DNA of 64,000 nt from positions 32,001-96,000 of the forward strand of contig CAVWHO010000020.1 of assembly GCA_963754875.1 (NCBI GenBank), written 5' to 3'. A model generated the notes under the pieces. The model made no database searches, was not told the origin of the DNA, and saw only the letters and a list, made by a program, of their open reading frames with translations. Origin of the DNA: Nitrospirota bacterium (GTDB lineage Bacteria; Nitrospirota; UBA9217). Positions 11,101 through 21,348 of this stretch are shown in pieces (position 1 is the stretch's first letter; the number at the start of each line of letters is the position of its first letter). The translations under genes and the position numbers were made by a program.

Positions 11101-13288
11101 GGGTACCGGCGGCTCGCTCTACTACCTCCGTCATCAGGACATCCTCACCGGCTCCGAGCGCGTGCGCATCGAGGTGCGCGACAAGGATTCGGGCATCGTC
11201 ACTTCGGTTAAAAATCTGACGCCGACCCTTGATTACACCGTGGACTATCTGCAGGGACGTATTTCGCTTTCGCAACCCCTGTCGCCGACGGCGAGCGACA
11301 ATCTGCTGGTGACCAGCGACACCGCGGGCGGTAATCCGGTTTACTTGGTCGTGCGCTACGAATACGTGCCGAGCTCCGGAGACACCAACAGCATGAGCCT
11401 CGGCGGTCGTACCCATGTGTGGCTGAACGACTACGTGAAACTGGGCATCACTTCCAGCAAGGACCAGGATTCGGAGAACCCGAGCGGGCTCAATGCCGCC
11501 GATCTTACCCTCAGGAAGAGCGCCGAGTCGTGGATCAAGGTGGAGACGTCTAGGAGCAATGGATCCGGCCTGACTTCCCTTTCTTCCAGCGATGGAGGCT
11601 TCACGTTTGGTTCGACCACCACGTTCGACGGCAGCGGGAACATCAGCGCCGGCGCATACCGGGTCGATGCCAGCCTCGGTTTCAAAGATATCATCGACAA
11701 TGCGAACGGCCAGTTGACGCTCTACACGCAGAGCCTCGATGCGGGCTATTCGGCGCCGGGCCTCGAGACGGCCACGGATACCAGGCAGTACGGCGGCACC
11801 CTGAAGGCGCCGGTGACAGACAGAATCAATGTAACCGCCAAGGCGGACATAACGACCCGGCAACAGGGCCTCGATACCAATGCGTCCGAGGTCGATCTCA
11901 ACTATCTTCTGACCGAGCATTGGACCCTGAGCCCGGGGGCGAGGCTCGACAGCCGTGTGGATCACTCGCCGGTAGTGCCGACGACGCAGATGGAGGGTGA
12001 TCGGACGGACGCGGCCTTGCGGGCGACCTACGATTCCAGGGAGAGATGGAGTGCCTACGGTTTCGTGCAGGATACGGTCAGCAAGACGGGCAACCGCGAA
12101 GACAATGGTCGTGTGGGTTCGGGCGGTTCGTACCGCGTTACCGACCGGTTCAAGGTGACTGGTGAAGTGTCGAGCGGTGATCTCGGCGGCGCCGGCAAGG
12201 CCGGTACGGAGTATCTCTACTCCGACCGGACCAATATGTACCTCAATTACGTGTACGACAACGAGACCCCGGACAACGGTATCCGTTCGAACAAAGGAAA
12301 TATCGTCTCCGGGGTCAAGACCCGTTACTCCGACAGCACGAGCGTGTATGCGGAAGAGAAGTACACCTACGGCGACGTGCCGACGGGCCTCACTCATTCC
12401 GCGGGCGTCGACCTTGCGCCTTTTGATCACTGGAACTTCGGTGCCAATGTTGATTTCGGAACGCTGCGGGACCCCCTCACCGCGGCGCGTCTCGAGCGCA
12501 CTGCGGCCGGCGTGCGGGTCGGTTACGGGATTGTTGATTTCACCTGGACGACCGCGTTCGAGTATCTCGTGGACAAGACCGAAACAGCAAGCCCGGACAT
12601 GAGCGTGAGCACGGTGGATCGGGACAGCTGGCTGATCAAGAACAGCTTCAAATACCAGATGGGCCCCTCGTCGCGGATCCTCGGGAAGCTGAATCACGCC
12701 GAGAGCAAGAGCTCGCTCGGCAGTTTCTTCGACGGCAATTACACGGAAGCCGTCCTGGGTTACGGCTATCGGCCCGTGACGAATGACCGCCTCAACACCT
12801 TGTTCAAATATACGTACTTTTACAATCTCCCGAGCCCCGGCCAGGTCACCGATACGGTCACCAATACGGCCACCAATACCGTCACGAATACGGCCGCGGA
12901 TTTCATTCAGAAGAGCCACATCTTCTCGTTGGATGCGATGTATGACCTCACCCGGCGCTGGACCATCGGCGGCAAGTATGCCTACCGGCTGGGGCAGGTG
13001 AGCCTGGACCGGGTCAACCCCGAGTATTTTGACAGCCGGGCGTCCCTGTATATCGTGCGCGCCGACTTGCACTTCGTCCACAGCTGGGACGCCCTGATCG
13101 AAGGCCGCCTGCTCGACCTGCCCGACGCCAAGGACAGCCTCAGCGGGGTATTGGTGGGTATTTACCGGCAGGTCGGCAATCACATCAAGCTGGGGGTCGG
13201 CTACAACTTCAGCAAATTCTCTGATGATCTGACCCAACTGGATTACAAACACCAGGGCTTGTTCATCAATTTGATCGGGGAAATCTAA
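8144..13288 (+). CDS. Large outer-membrane protein: signal peptide, three OmpA-like peptidoglycan-binding domains, C-terminal beta-barrel-like region
   Basis: Signal peptide MLKRISLIVATCLVSAVAMA. 'GYTDN...LS..RA...G.G...PIASN.T..G.ALNRR.E' occurs twice, plus a third degenerate copy. The long C-terminal region has alternating aromatic/Gly strands and ends GLFINLIGEI. Confidence 0.85.
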   Translation: MLKRISLIVATCLVSAVAMAETNATSVSASPDASETRVSEATALGQAVEQQAGTDEPRTLWVRDGDAAGKQGDKVQMEKVKEKAVKTIKLQNLVPPIHFASGEAEIPEGTVQRLRDVLDKMKGRSNVRLHFVGYTDNAQLFGGVKQKYGDNLSLSRERAGVAAEYFQKALHLSPESITYEGMGESQPIASNATEEGKALNRRVEVEVWYDEFTDKLVDKEVVVPEQMNRVKVCRVQTVCKLRYKEGHAKRARIKNLVEPLHFDDDTTAIPEDFVQKVRQALTNLGAKQHVVVKFIGYTDNLPLTGRAERVYGTALALSKARARRAALAIQDALKLPTSGIDVDGKGGANPIASNDTEKGRALNRRIEVEFWYDDALQELSDEPQLCPEAAGAETVTRVYDPPSGGVKPVLFEQGKPVITPEQLERLRSSMDEIRDKTKVRLRFIGYTNDERLDRRTAMVYGDDIGLSTARARRVMNAVKEQLGLKDGQVEFEGRGYVQSDDVVNTGFVESDTARVEVQIVYDELLALDDTEGLDITRFTREVTPKDPLALNLMRITVDGKPVDDPNKSIADIERCTDVALDKANVQFKFDNLELKPRLNATAWPNFIRYQDDPNTEYPENLIRFRTYTNYAAFIRKSEIRIFDAQESLNDTPLAVIEVNKDGRAEWQPTLPKPKAPGDSLKYVLRVYDGSNHFDETKPLPIWIVDRQPVEIQDHDAEKELLVGYGENHLVVDNIPKNGGTIKVYGSAVPTDHSVFVAGRAVPVGKEGKFVTEEILPQGMHTVEVAILDTAGNGDLFLRDLDLKKNDWFYVGIADVTVARDFTTGPAELVTNDQTHFNNELSTDGRLAFYTKGKFGEGWELTSSADSLEGPVKDIFSNIGDRSSDSLFRSIDPQYYYPTYGDDGSVEEGAPTLGKFYLKLKKDESYGLWGNFKIGYNDNDLAHVDRGLYGANAHYQTPATTSFGEQRFMIDGFAAQPGTVGTRDEFLGTGGSLYYLRHQDILTGSERVRIEVRDKDSGIVTSVKNLTPTLDYTVDYLQGRISLSQPLSPTASDNLLVTSDTAGGNPVYLVVRYEYVPSSGDTNSMSLGGRTHVWLNDYVKLGITSSKDQDSENPSGLNAADLTLRKSAESWIKVETSRSNGSGLTSLSSSDGGFTFGSTTTFDGSGNISAGAYRVDASLGFKDIIDNANGQLTLYTQSLDAGYSAPGLETATDTRQYGGTLKAPVTDRINVTAKADITTRQQGLDTNASEVDLNYLLTEHWTLSPGARLDSRVDHSPVVPTTQMEGDRTDAALRATYDSRERWSAYGFVQDTVSKTGNREDNGRVGSGGSYRVTDRFKVTGEVSSGDLGGAGKAGTEYLYSDRTNMYLNYVYDNETPDNGIRSNKGNIVSGVKTRYSDSTSVYAEEKYTYGDVPTGLTHSAGVDLAPFDHWNFGANVDFGTLRDPLTAARLERTAAGVRVGYGIVDFTWTTAFEYLVDKTETASPDMSVSTVDRDSWLIKNSFKYQMGPSSRILGKLNHAESKSSLGSFFDGNYTEAVLGYGYRPVTNDRLNTLFKYTYFYNLPSPGQVTDTVTNTATNTVTNTAADFIQKSHIFSLDAMYDLTRRWTIGGKYAYRLGQVSLDRVNPEYFDSRASLYIVRADLHFVHSWDALIEGRLLDLPDAKDSLSGVLVGIYRQVGNHIKLGVGYNFSKFSDDLTQLDYKHQGLFINLIGEI
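12848..12895 (+). repeat. 4 x 12-bp in-frame tandem repeat (TDTV-TNTA-TNTV-TNTA)
   Basis: accgatacggtc accaatacggcc accaataccgtc acgaatacggcc. Confidence 0.8.
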
Positions 13289-13302
13289 ATGCTCATTATC
13301 TT

Positions 13303-13380
13303 TGCCACGTATGAACACGGATGGCCGCGGATAAAATCACTTTATCCATTCCTCCGCGTACTCGTGTCCTCCGTGGCTAA
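13303..13380. repeat. Imperfect inverted-repeat intergenic element (GCCACG...CACGGAT / ATCC...CGTGTCCTCCGTGGC)
   Basis: Self-complementary ends between the OmpA gene and the next ORF. Confidence 0.45.
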
Positions 13381-13407
13381 TAGGTGTTCGACGAACAGGA
13401 GGCGGCC

Positions 13408-13923
13408 ATGCTCAATATTTTAGGAAGATTCATTCTATCCGTTGCCCTGCTGATGCTGAGCTTCCCTGCCTATGCGGAAGAAGTCTCCAGGGAACAGATC
13501 AAGGGGCTGGATGAACAGGTACAGGAAATCAAGACCGATGCCCTGAGCATTGCGGCGGAACTGAACCAGCTTGAAGAGAAGCTGCTGTATCCGTCCAATA
13601 CGCAGGTCGCGGTGTTCCTATCGCTGGTCAAGGGCGAAACCTTTCGTCTCGACTCTGTCGAGATCCGGTTGGACGGCAAGCCGGTTGCCTATCATCTTTA
13701 CACCTTCAAGGAACTCGAAGCCCTGCAGAAGGGGGGGGTGCAGCGCATCTACACCGGCAATGTCCGGTCCGGTGAGCATGATCTCCAGGTTGTTGTCATC
13801 GGCAAAACCAGGGGAGGCTCCGACCTGCAAAAATCGGAGAGCTTCAAGGTCAACAAGGCCGTGGGCCCCAAGATCGTGGAACTATCTCTGGCCGCCCAAA
13901 GCATTACCCTGAATGATAGGTAG
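13408..13923 (+). CDS. Exported hypothetical protein (signal peptide, coiled coil, small beta domain), first gene of the TPR operon
   Basis: AGGAGG RBS at 13397-13402 precedes ATG 13408; signal peptide ending AYA; heptad pattern. Confidence 0.75.
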   Translation: MLNILGRFILSVALLMLSFPAYAEEVSREQIKGLDEQVQEIKTDALSIAAELNQLEEKLLYPSNTQVAVFLSLVKGETFRLDSVEIRLDGKPVAYHLYTFKELEALQKGGVQRIYTGNVRSGEHDLQVVVIGKTRGGSDLQKSESFKVNKAVGPKIVELSLAAQSITLNDR

Positions 13924-13927
13924 ACCA

Positions 13928-15817
13928 ATGAACAGGCTGCTTGTTTTATTGACAATTCTGATATTCTCTGCGTCTTCGGCATCGGCCGCTCCGTCCGCTC
14001 CGAAAGAACTGAAGGATCTCTATTTCGGGGAGGCCCTGTACGACGCATTCCAGGGGGACTGGTTCGACGCCATCGCCAGGCTCGACACCGAGCTTGCGCA
14101 GCACTACCGGGTCGATGAACCGGAACGCGACACCCTTCACTACCACGTCAACCAGGCGGAGTTTGACGTGGGTGATTTCGAATTGGCATACCGGATGCAC
14201 CAGCGTGCCGGGCACGCCATCAAGGCGGTGATCGAGGGCAATGTCGAGGAGACCGTGCGCAACGAGGCCATTTTCCGTCTGGCCCGGATGTACTTCCGGA
14301 AAGACCAGCCGGAAAACGCATTGCATGCCGTCGAGCGCATCCACGGCGCCGTTCCCGCGAAGGTCCGCGTCGATCTCGCTTTCTTGCGCGCGAATATCGC
14401 CATGGCCAACAACCGCAACGCCGAGGCCGTCCGCATTCTGAGAGACCTGCAAAAAGAGAAGAGCCTGGAAGGGTTCAGCTCCTACAACCTGGGGATCGCG
14501 CTGCTCCGGAACGGCAAGGAGAAGAACGGCCGGGAGTATCTCGATCGGACCGGCCGGATCGAGAGCGACAATCCGGCAACGCTGGCGATCAGGGACAAAG
14601 CGAACCTGGTGCTCGGCGACAAGCTCATGAGCGAGAAAAGTTTCACCACCGCCAAGGAGGTGCTCGACAGGGTGCGCCTGAGCGGACCGTTCTCCAACCG
14701 CGCCCTGCTCGGTTCGGGATGGGCCGACGCCTCCCGCGAACGGTTCGAACGCGCCCTGGTGCCGTGGACCATCCTGTCCGAACGCGCGGTCACGGACCCG
14801 GCGGTGCAGGAAGCCATGCTCGCCGTGCCCTATGCCTACGGGAAGCTCGGCGTGTTCAGCAAGGCGGCGCTGATGTACGGCCGGGCGCTGGAGGCGTTCG
14901 GCAAGGAGATCGACAAGCTCGGCTCCTCGATCTCGAGCATCCGCGAAGGCAAATTTCTCAACGCCCTGGTGCGGGAAGAGCTGAAGCAGGACCCCGACTG
15001 GGTGGTCAAGCTGCGCGAGCTGCCGGGAACGCCCGAGACGTTCTATCTGCTCGACTTGATGGCGTCCCATGATTTCCAGGAATCGCTCAAAAATTACCTC
15101 GACCTCGAGGAGCTGCGCAAGAAACTGGAGGTCTGGTCGGATGACCTGGCCGCCTTCGAGGACTTGATCGGTCAGCGCCGGGCCTATTACCAGCCGCTGC
15201 TGCCCGCGATCGACCGGGAATTCAGACGGCTCGATTCGCTGATGCGGTTGCGGCTGGAGCAGCGGGACCGGATCGAACAACGGCTGCAGGCCATGCTGGT
15301 GGCGCCGAGGCCGGACTACCTGGCGACGGCGCAGGAGCGGATTTTCGGGGAGCACCTTGCACGGTTGGAGAAGGCCATGGCGCGCGGAGGCACGTCCGTA
15401 CACGGCGAAGTTGAGGCCCGTATCAAACGCCTGCGGGGAGTTCTGGACTGGAAGATCTATACGGAATACGACCAGCGTCTTACCTCGGCGTACAGACATC
15501 TTCGGGAACTGAACAACGTCATCGACGCGCTGCACCGGCAATATGCCTCCTTTGTCCGTACCCGCCAGGCGGCGACGCAGAGCTATGAAGGGTACGACGA
15601 GGTGATCCGCACCCAGCGGGCCCGGATCACTGTTGCCCGGGAGAGCGTGCGGGACCTGATGGCCCGTCAGGGGCACATGCTCGAAGTCATGGCCGTGAAT
15701 GAACTCACGAAGCGGCGCGATCGCCTCGAAGAGTTCCAGATCAAGGCGCGCTTCGCCATGGCGGACAGTTACGATCGCGCCATGAAGGACCAACTCCGGA
15801 AGAGGGACGAGCGATGA
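13928..15817 (+). CDS. Periplasmic TPR/coiled-coil protein (GltC-like by gene order)
   Basis: Signal peptide (..ASA), TPR-like helices, C-terminal coiled coil; ATGA overlap with the next gene. Confidence 0.75.
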   Translation: MNRLLVLLTILIFSASSASAAPSAPKELKDLYFGEALYDAFQGDWFDAIARLDTELAQHYRVDEPERDTLHYHVNQAEFDVGDFELAYRMHQRAGHAIKAVIEGNVEETVRNEAIFRLARMYFRKDQPENALHAVERIHGAVPAKVRVDLAFLRANIAMANNRNAEAVRILRDLQKEKSLEGFSSYNLGIALLRNGKEKNGREYLDRTGRIESDNPATLAIRDKANLVLGDKLMSEKSFTTAKEVLDRVRLSGPFSNRALLGSGWADASRERFERALVPWTILSERAVTDPAVQEAMLAVPYAYGKLGVFSKAALMYGRALEAFGKEIDKLGSSISSIREGKFLNALVREELKQDPDWVVKLRELPGTPETFYLLDLMASHDFQESLKNYLDLEELRKKLEVWSDDLAAFEDLIGQRRAYYQPLLPAIDREFRRLDSLMRLRLEQRDRIEQRLQAMLVAPRPDYLATAQERIFGEHLARLEKAMARGGTSVHGEVEARIKRLRGVLDWKIYTEYDQRLTSAYRHLRELNNVIDALHRQYASFVRTRQAATQSYEGYDEVIRTQRARITVARESVRDLMARQGHMLEVMAVNELTKRRDRLEEFQIKARFAMADSYDRAMKDQLRKRDER

Positions 15818-18800
15818 GGACGATGACTTGTCTTCGCTGGAGCGCGCTCGCGCTGTTGCCGCTTCTGGCCGCCTGTCAGTCGATCGGCAGCAGGGACACG
15901 ATTGCCTCGCTGCGGAACAGGCACATCGAAATCAAGGAAGAGAAGATCGAAGGCGGACTCGAGAAAGCCATGGAGGGTTACCAACGCTTTCTCGAGGAAA
16001 CTCCGGAATCGGCCCTGAAGCCGGAGGCCATTCGACGCCTGGCGGACCTCAAGATCGAGAGGGAATACGGGTATATCGGAGGCGGAGAAGAGCGCCCCCG
16101 GACGGCCCCGAAACTGCCCGCCCCGGCGCCTCGGCCTGTTGTTGCGCCGCCAACCGTTGCATCGGCCCCGACGCGGTCCGGCAGTGAGTCCGACGCCGAT
16201 TTCGAGAAAAGGACCGCCCTGAGCAAGCCGGTTACGCATACGGCAGCGAAGGAGGGCATCGCCTTGCCGGGCGCCGAGGACCTGGAACGGGCGGGAGCGC
16301 GCGAGGCCATCGCGCTGTACCAGAAGCTTCTTAAGCAGTACCCGCTGTACGAACACAACGACGAGGTGCTGTATCAGATGTCCCGTGCCTACGAGGAACA
16401 GGGGCAGGTCGAGGAGGCCATGCAGGTCATGGACCGGATGGTGCGGGAGTACCCGAAGTCCCGCTACATGGATGAAGTGCAGTTCCGGCGCGCCGAATAC
16501 TTTTTCACCCGCAGGCGTTACCTGGATGCCGAGGATGCCTACAGCAGCATCGTGACCATGGGCGCTTCTTCTTCCTATTATCAGCTCGCGCTGTACAAGC
16601 TGGGCTGGACGTTCTACAAGCAGGAACTCTACGACGACGCCCTGGATCGGTTCGTCGCCCTGCTGGATTACAAGGTGTCGACGGGCTATGACTTCGCCCA
16701 GACCGCGGACGAGCCGGAACGCAAGCGCATGGAGGACACCTTCCGCGTCGTCAGCCTGAGCTTTTCAAACACCGGCGGCGCCAATTCCGTGGTCGAGTAC
16801 TTCACCCGGCACGGCAAGCGCGGCTACGAGGACCGCGTCTACAGCAACCTCGGCGAATTCTACTTCGACAAGCGCCGTTACGCCGACGCCGCGGCGACCT
16901 ACAACGCCTATGTCAGCCGCAATCCGTTCGAGAAGGTATCGCCGCAATTCGCCATGCGGGTGATCGAGATCCAGGTTGCCGGGGGGTTCCCCAGCCTGGT
17001 CATCGACGCGAAAAAGCAATTTGCTGCCACGTACGGACTCAAGGCCGAATACTGGGGGCATTTCGATCCGGCCGCCCGTCCGGAAGTCCTGGCCTGGCTC
17101 AAAACGAACCTCACAGATCTGGCAAAGCATTATCACGCGCTTTACCAGAGCCCGCAGCAGGTGAAGGAAAAGAAGACGAACTTCGAAGAAGCGCTGCACT
17201 GGTACCAGGAATTCCTGACGTCCTTCCCGAAGGACCCTTCGTCGCCGGCCATCAATTATCTGCTGGCGGACCTGTTGCTGGAAAACCGCTCCTTCGATCT
17301 GGCGGCCACGGAATACGAAAAGACCGCCTATGCATATCCGCGCCACGAAAAGTCGTCGAAGGCCGGCTACGCGGCAATTTACGCCTGGCGCCAGCAGCTG
17401 GCCGGAGCCGCAGCCGGGGCAAAAGATCAGGTGAGACGGGAGGTCGTTCGCAGCTCGCTGAAGTTTGCCGACACCTATCCGGAGCACGAGAAGGCGGCGA
17501 TCGTCCTGGGTGCGGCCGCAGACGATCTGTACGACATGCGGGATTATGAGCAGGCGCTGGCGACCGCGCAAAAACTCAACACGGTTTTCCCCAACGCCGA
17601 CAAGGAGGTCAAGCGCGGGGCTTGGGACGTCATTGCCCATTCCTCCTTCGAACTCCATCGCTACAGCGAGGCCGAAACCGCGTACGTGAAGCTCCTGGAT
17701 TTCGTTCCCGAAGGCGACAAGGAACGCAGCGCCCTGGTGGACAACCTCGCGGTCTCGATTTACAAGCAGGGCGAGGAGGCGAATGCCCGCAAGGATTACC
17801 GGGCCGCGGCCGACCATTTTCTCCGCGTAGGGGTCCTCGCGCCGACCTCCAAAGTCTGGCCGAACGCGGAATATGACGCCGCTGCGGCCCTGATCCGGCT
17901 CAAGGACTGGAGTAAAGCGGCCGTCGTGCTGACCGGGTTCCGCGACAAATTCCCCGGCCACAAGCTGCAGCCCGAGGTGACCAAGAAGATCGCCTATGTC
18001 TATAAGGAAGACGGCCAGCTGTCGCAGGCCGCCGATGAGTATGAACGCATAGAAACAGAATCCCACGACGACGCAGTCAGGCGGGAGGCCCTGCTTATTG
18101 CCGCCGATCTGCACGAACAGGTCGGCAACCTCGTCCGCGCGATCGGGGTGTACCGCCGCTATGTGGGTTACTTCCCCCATCCGGTGGAACCCAACCTGGA
18201 AACGTGCAATAAAATCGCGGATGCCCTGAAGAAGAAAAACGATCATGACAGCTATCTCGCCGAGCTGAGACACATGGTGTCCATCGATGCGGGCGCGGGG
18301 GCCGAGCGTACGCCGCGGACCCGGTATCTTGCCGGGAACGCCGCGCTGGTGCTGGCCGAGCAAACCTTCGACCAGTTCGCCGAGGTCAAACTGGTCAAGC
18401 CGTTCAAGGCCAACCTGGGCAGGAAAAAAGAGCTGATGGAAAAAGCGACCAGGAAATTCACCAAACTCCTGGATTATGAAGTCGGCGAGGTTACGGCGGG
18501 GGCGACCTTTTATCTCGCCGAGATCTACGCCAACTTCAGCAAAGCGCTGCTGAAATCCGAACGTCCGGAGGGCTTGAGGCCCGCGGAGAAGGAGCAGTAC
18601 GACCTGGCCATAGAAGAGCAGGCCTATCCCTTCGAGGACAAAGCCATCGCAGTGCATAAAAAGAATCTTGAACTGATTACCGTGGGCATCTACAACGAGT
18701 GGATCGACAAGAGCCTGCAGAAACTGGCCAGGTTCGTACCTGCCCGCTATGACAAGCCGGAAGAGGAAAGCGCCGTGATCTCCTCGCCGGACACCTACGT

Positions 18801-19017
18801 GTTCGCGATCGACCGTCCGGCGCCGCCCGCGAAGGCGCCCGACAAGGCCGCAGCGGCCGCGGAACCGGAGCAGGCTGCGAAGCCCTCTGAGGCCAAAGAA
18901 GCAGTGAAGGCGGACGAACCGAAGCAGGCTGCGAAGCCGTCTGAAGCCAAAAAAGCAGCGCCAGGAGCGGGCGACAGCGGCGACAAGGGCATCCCGCCTG
19001 CCGCAACGGGGGAATAA
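15814..19017 (+). CDS. Large TPR lipoprotein (GltD/AgmU-like)
   Basis: Lipobox LAAC; many TPR units; C-terminal 'YDLAIEEQAYPFEDKAIAVHKKN' segment; Pro/Ala/Lys-rich tail. Confidence 0.8.
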   Translation: MRTMTCLRWSALALLPLLAACQSIGSRDTIASLRNRHIEIKEEKIEGGLEKAMEGYQRFLEETPESALKPEAIRRLADLKIEREYGYIGGGEERPRTAPKLPAPAPRPVVAPPTVASAPTRSGSESDADFEKRTALSKPVTHTAAKEGIALPGAEDLERAGAREAIALYQKLLKQYPLYEHNDEVLYQMSRAYEEQGQVEEAMQVMDRMVREYPKSRYMDEVQFRRAEYFFTRRRYLDAEDAYSSIVTMGASSSYYQLALYKLGWTFYKQELYDDALDRFVALLDYKVSTGYDFAQTADEPERKRMEDTFRVVSLSFSNTGGANSVVEYFTRHGKRGYEDRVYSNLGEFYFDKRRYADAAATYNAYVSRNPFEKVSPQFAMRVIEIQVAGGFPSLVIDAKKQFAATYGLKAEYWGHFDPAARPEVLAWLKTNLTDLAKHYHALYQSPQQVKEKKTNFEEALHWYQEFLTSFPKDPSSPAINYLLADLLLENRSFDLAATEYEKTAYAYPRHEKSSKAGYAAIYAWRQQLAGAAAGAKDQVRREVVRSSLKFADTYPEHEKAAIVLGAAADDLYDMRDYEQALATAQKLNTVFPNADKEVKRGAWDVIAHSSFELHRYSEAETAYVKLLDFVPEGDKERSALVDNLAVSIYKQGEEANARKDYRAAADHFLRVGVLAPTSKVWPNAEYDAAAALIRLKDWSKAAVVLTGFRDKFPGHKLQPEVTKKIAYVYKEDGQLSQAADEYERIETESHDDAVRREALLIAADLHEQVGNLVRAIGVYRRYVGYFPHPVEPNLETCNKIADALKKKNDHDSYLAELRHMVSIDAGAGAERTPRTRYLAGNAALVLAEQTFDQFAEVKLVKPFKANLGRKKELMEKATRKFTKLLDYEVGEVTAGATFYLAEIYANFSKALLKSERPEGLRPAEKEQYDLAIEEQAYPFEDKAIAVHKKNLELITVGIYNEWIDKSLQKLARFVPARYDKPEEESAVISSPDTYVFAIDRPAPPAKAPDKAAAAAEPEQAAKPSEAKEAVKADEPKQAAKPSEAKKAAPGAGDSGDKGIPPAATGE
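18862..18960 (+). repeat. 54-bp-period in-frame duplication (EP.QAAKPSEAK.A) in the tail of the TPR lipoprotein
   Basis: gaaccg..gcaggctgcgaagcc.tctga.gccaaa starts at both 18862 and 18916. Confidence 0.8.
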
Positions 19018-19019
19018 AC

Positions 19020-19760
19020 ATGGAGGCGAACGGGATAAGGAACCGGGAGATGCAGACAAAGAATGCAGAGCCGTCAAAGCAATCGAACTTCCGAAGACGG
19101 GCCGGCCAATCGGCCCTGATGATCGTGCTCGCGGTTTTATCGGGGTGCGCTACCGGCGGCATGGTCAAACCGCAGCCCGGTGCAGACCGGGAAGTATCCG
19201 TGGCCTGGCTCGCAGACGGCAGGCAAGGGTTCGTCATCCGGGAAAACCCGGGTCTCGATGCCGAGTCGCGCGCCGAATTCGAGCGAGCCGTCGCCCTGAT
19301 GAACGACGGCAAGAACGACGAGGCCATCGAACTTCTGACAAAGGTGATCGGCCGCTCACCGGGAGTCACGGCGCCGTATATCGATCTTGCGGAGGCCTAT
19401 ATTCGGATCAACAAGCCGGGGCCGGCGGAGCAGGACCTCAAAACCGCCCTGGGACTGGTCCCCGAGCACCCGGTGGCCAGTAATGAATACGGCTTGCTGC
19501 TTCGCAAGAGCGGCCGTTTCAAGGAGGCACGGGAGATCTATGAGAAGGCGATCGCGAGCTTTCCCGGACTATCTTCCTGATCCGCAGAAATCTCGGGATC
19601 CTCTGCGATCTCTATCTCAATGACCCGGCATGCGCTCTCAAACAATTCGAGATCTACAGCGAGGAGATGCCCGCGGACGCGCAGGTCAAAATCTGGATTG
19701 CCGAGCTGCATATGCGGCGGCTGCAAGCGTTCAAAGGAAACTCCAAGGAGGAGGATCGTA
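19020..19760 (+). CDS. TPR lipoprotein (GltE/AglT-like), frameshifted near 19560-19580; 3' end uncertain
   Basis: Lipobox LSGC; TPRs; continues in another frame as RRNLGILCDLYLNDPACALKQFEIYSEEMPADAQVKIWIAEL. Confidence 0.7.
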
Positions 19761-20141
19761 TAAGGTTTCGAACGAAATCTATTGACTCTGGCTGTGATCT
19801 GTTTCTGGCGCTCGCCGCGTGCACTGTTGGTCAGGATTGCCGGGGCCGAAGGAGGACGAATCGAAAACCACAGTTCGGACGTGTCAGATGCCGGACGATC
19901 AGCACGGTGCGGAAGGCATAAGGCTCGACGGACAAGGCACCGGCCGCCAAAGAACTTTCGGGCATGTCCATCGTCGGCAACGATGAAGCCCCCAAATCCC
20001 TGTATATCGTGCCCTGGAAAAAGCTCTGAAGTCGGTGCGGAGACAGGTTTGAACATGATGTTGACCGAACGTGCGGTGCCGGTGGATCGAGATGTGTTTA
20101 TGCGGCAATTGGACTTTTACGAGATCAGCACCAAAAAATAA
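19760..20141 (+). CDS. Small protein (GltF-like), frameshifted; start uncertain
   Basis: Removing one A from the A5 run at 20018-20022 gives KELSGMSIVGNDEAPKSLYIVPWKSSEVGAETGLNMMLTERAVPVDRDVFMRQLDFYEISTKK*. Confidence 0.55.
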
Positions 20142-20178
20142 CTTCATTATCTCGTTACTGAAAAAGGAGGAACCAAAG

Positions 20179-20833
20179 ATGGGATTCTCCAATACAATAA
20201 TACAGGTTTTTCCAGATGGGCGGGTTCTTCATGTTCCCTATTCTGCTCACGCTGGCGGTCGGTCTCGCCATTGCGTTTGAACGCTGGGTCCACTTGAACC
20301 GCGTCCGGGACGCAAACCAAAAGATGTGGGACGAGGTGCATCCGGCGCTGGCTAAGGGAGAGTTCGATAAGGCCCGGGAAATGGCCAACAAGGACAAATC
20401 CAGCATGGCGCAGATGCTGGGGATGGGATTGGCGCGCCAGGGGGCGGTCAGGCGGCGGGAAGACATAGAAATCGCCATGGAAGAGAGCATGATGGAGATC
20501 ATTCCTCAATTGGAAAAGCGCACGCCGTACCTGGCGCTGTTCTCGAATATCGCCACCCTGTTCGGGCTGCTCGGCACCATCATGGGTCTTATCCAGGCCT
20601 TCGCCGCGGTCGCCACGGCGAGCCCCGCCGAAAAGGCCGCCCTGCTCGCGGCCAGCATTTCGGAGGCCATGAACTGCACCGCCTTCGGTCTGATGTCCGC
20701 GATCCCGCTTCTCCTGCTCCATGCCCGCCTGACAACGACCACGGGCCAGATCGTGAACAGCCTGGAGATGGCATCGGTAAAGGCGCTCAATACGATCTCC
20801 ACTTTTACCAAGCACCAATTTGACAGGAGCTGA
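20179..20833 (+). CDS. MotA/TolQ/ExbB proton channel subunit (AglR-like); +1 frameshift near 20205
   Basis: RBS AAGGAGG at 20164; 'GGFFMFPIL', 'ATLFGLLGTIMGLIQAF', 'ISEAMNCTAFGL'. Confidence 0.9.
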
Positions 20834-20835
20834 TC

Positions 20836-21348
20836 ATGGCCAGACGATATCGTTACAAAAGGAGAAAGGAAGAATCGCTCGATACGGATATCATGCACGC
20901 TCCTGAACCTGACGCCGATGATGGATATTCTGACCGTTCTGGTGGTCTTTCTGCTCATCACTGCCGTCTTTACGAGTATTACGGTCATGGAATTGAGCGT
21001 CCCGACCAGCGCCGGCGAAGCCGGTTCGCGCAAGCCGAATTTCGCCATCGAGGTGATCGTCCGCAAGGCAGGACTGGAAATCGCCAACGGGTCGTCCGTG
21101 GAGGCCGCGATTCCGAAAAAGGACGGCCAGTACGATATCGAGCAGCTGTCCAAACTGCTCGTTGCGCCTGAAAGACACAATATCCGGAGAAGGAAGACGC
21201 GACGATCCTGATGGAGCCGAAGATCGAATACGACTATCTGATCCAGGTCATGGATGCGGTCCGCAGCGCCGACGTGCGGGCGGAAGGGAGCAAAGAGATC
21301 AGGAAAATCGTTCTCTTTCCGAAGATATCCATAGGAGACGCGCCATGA
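20836..21348 (+). CDS. ExbD/TolR family subunit 1 (AglQ-like), frameshifts near 20900 and 21165-21185
   Basis: 'LNLTPMMDILTVLVVFLL' TM segment with the conserved Asp; C-terminal 'YDYLIQVMDAVR...LFPKISIGDAP*'. Confidence 0.8.

Noticed and set aside
10796..19077. Long minus-strand ORFs (840, 615 and 770 aa, and similar elsewhere)
   Set aside because: They are antisense shadows of GC-rich genes with no recognisable motifs.
20483..20493. GAGAGCATGA as a fourth att core
   Set aside because: It is only a 10-nt match inside the MotA-like CDS, without the TGGCGG or TCGAA parts.
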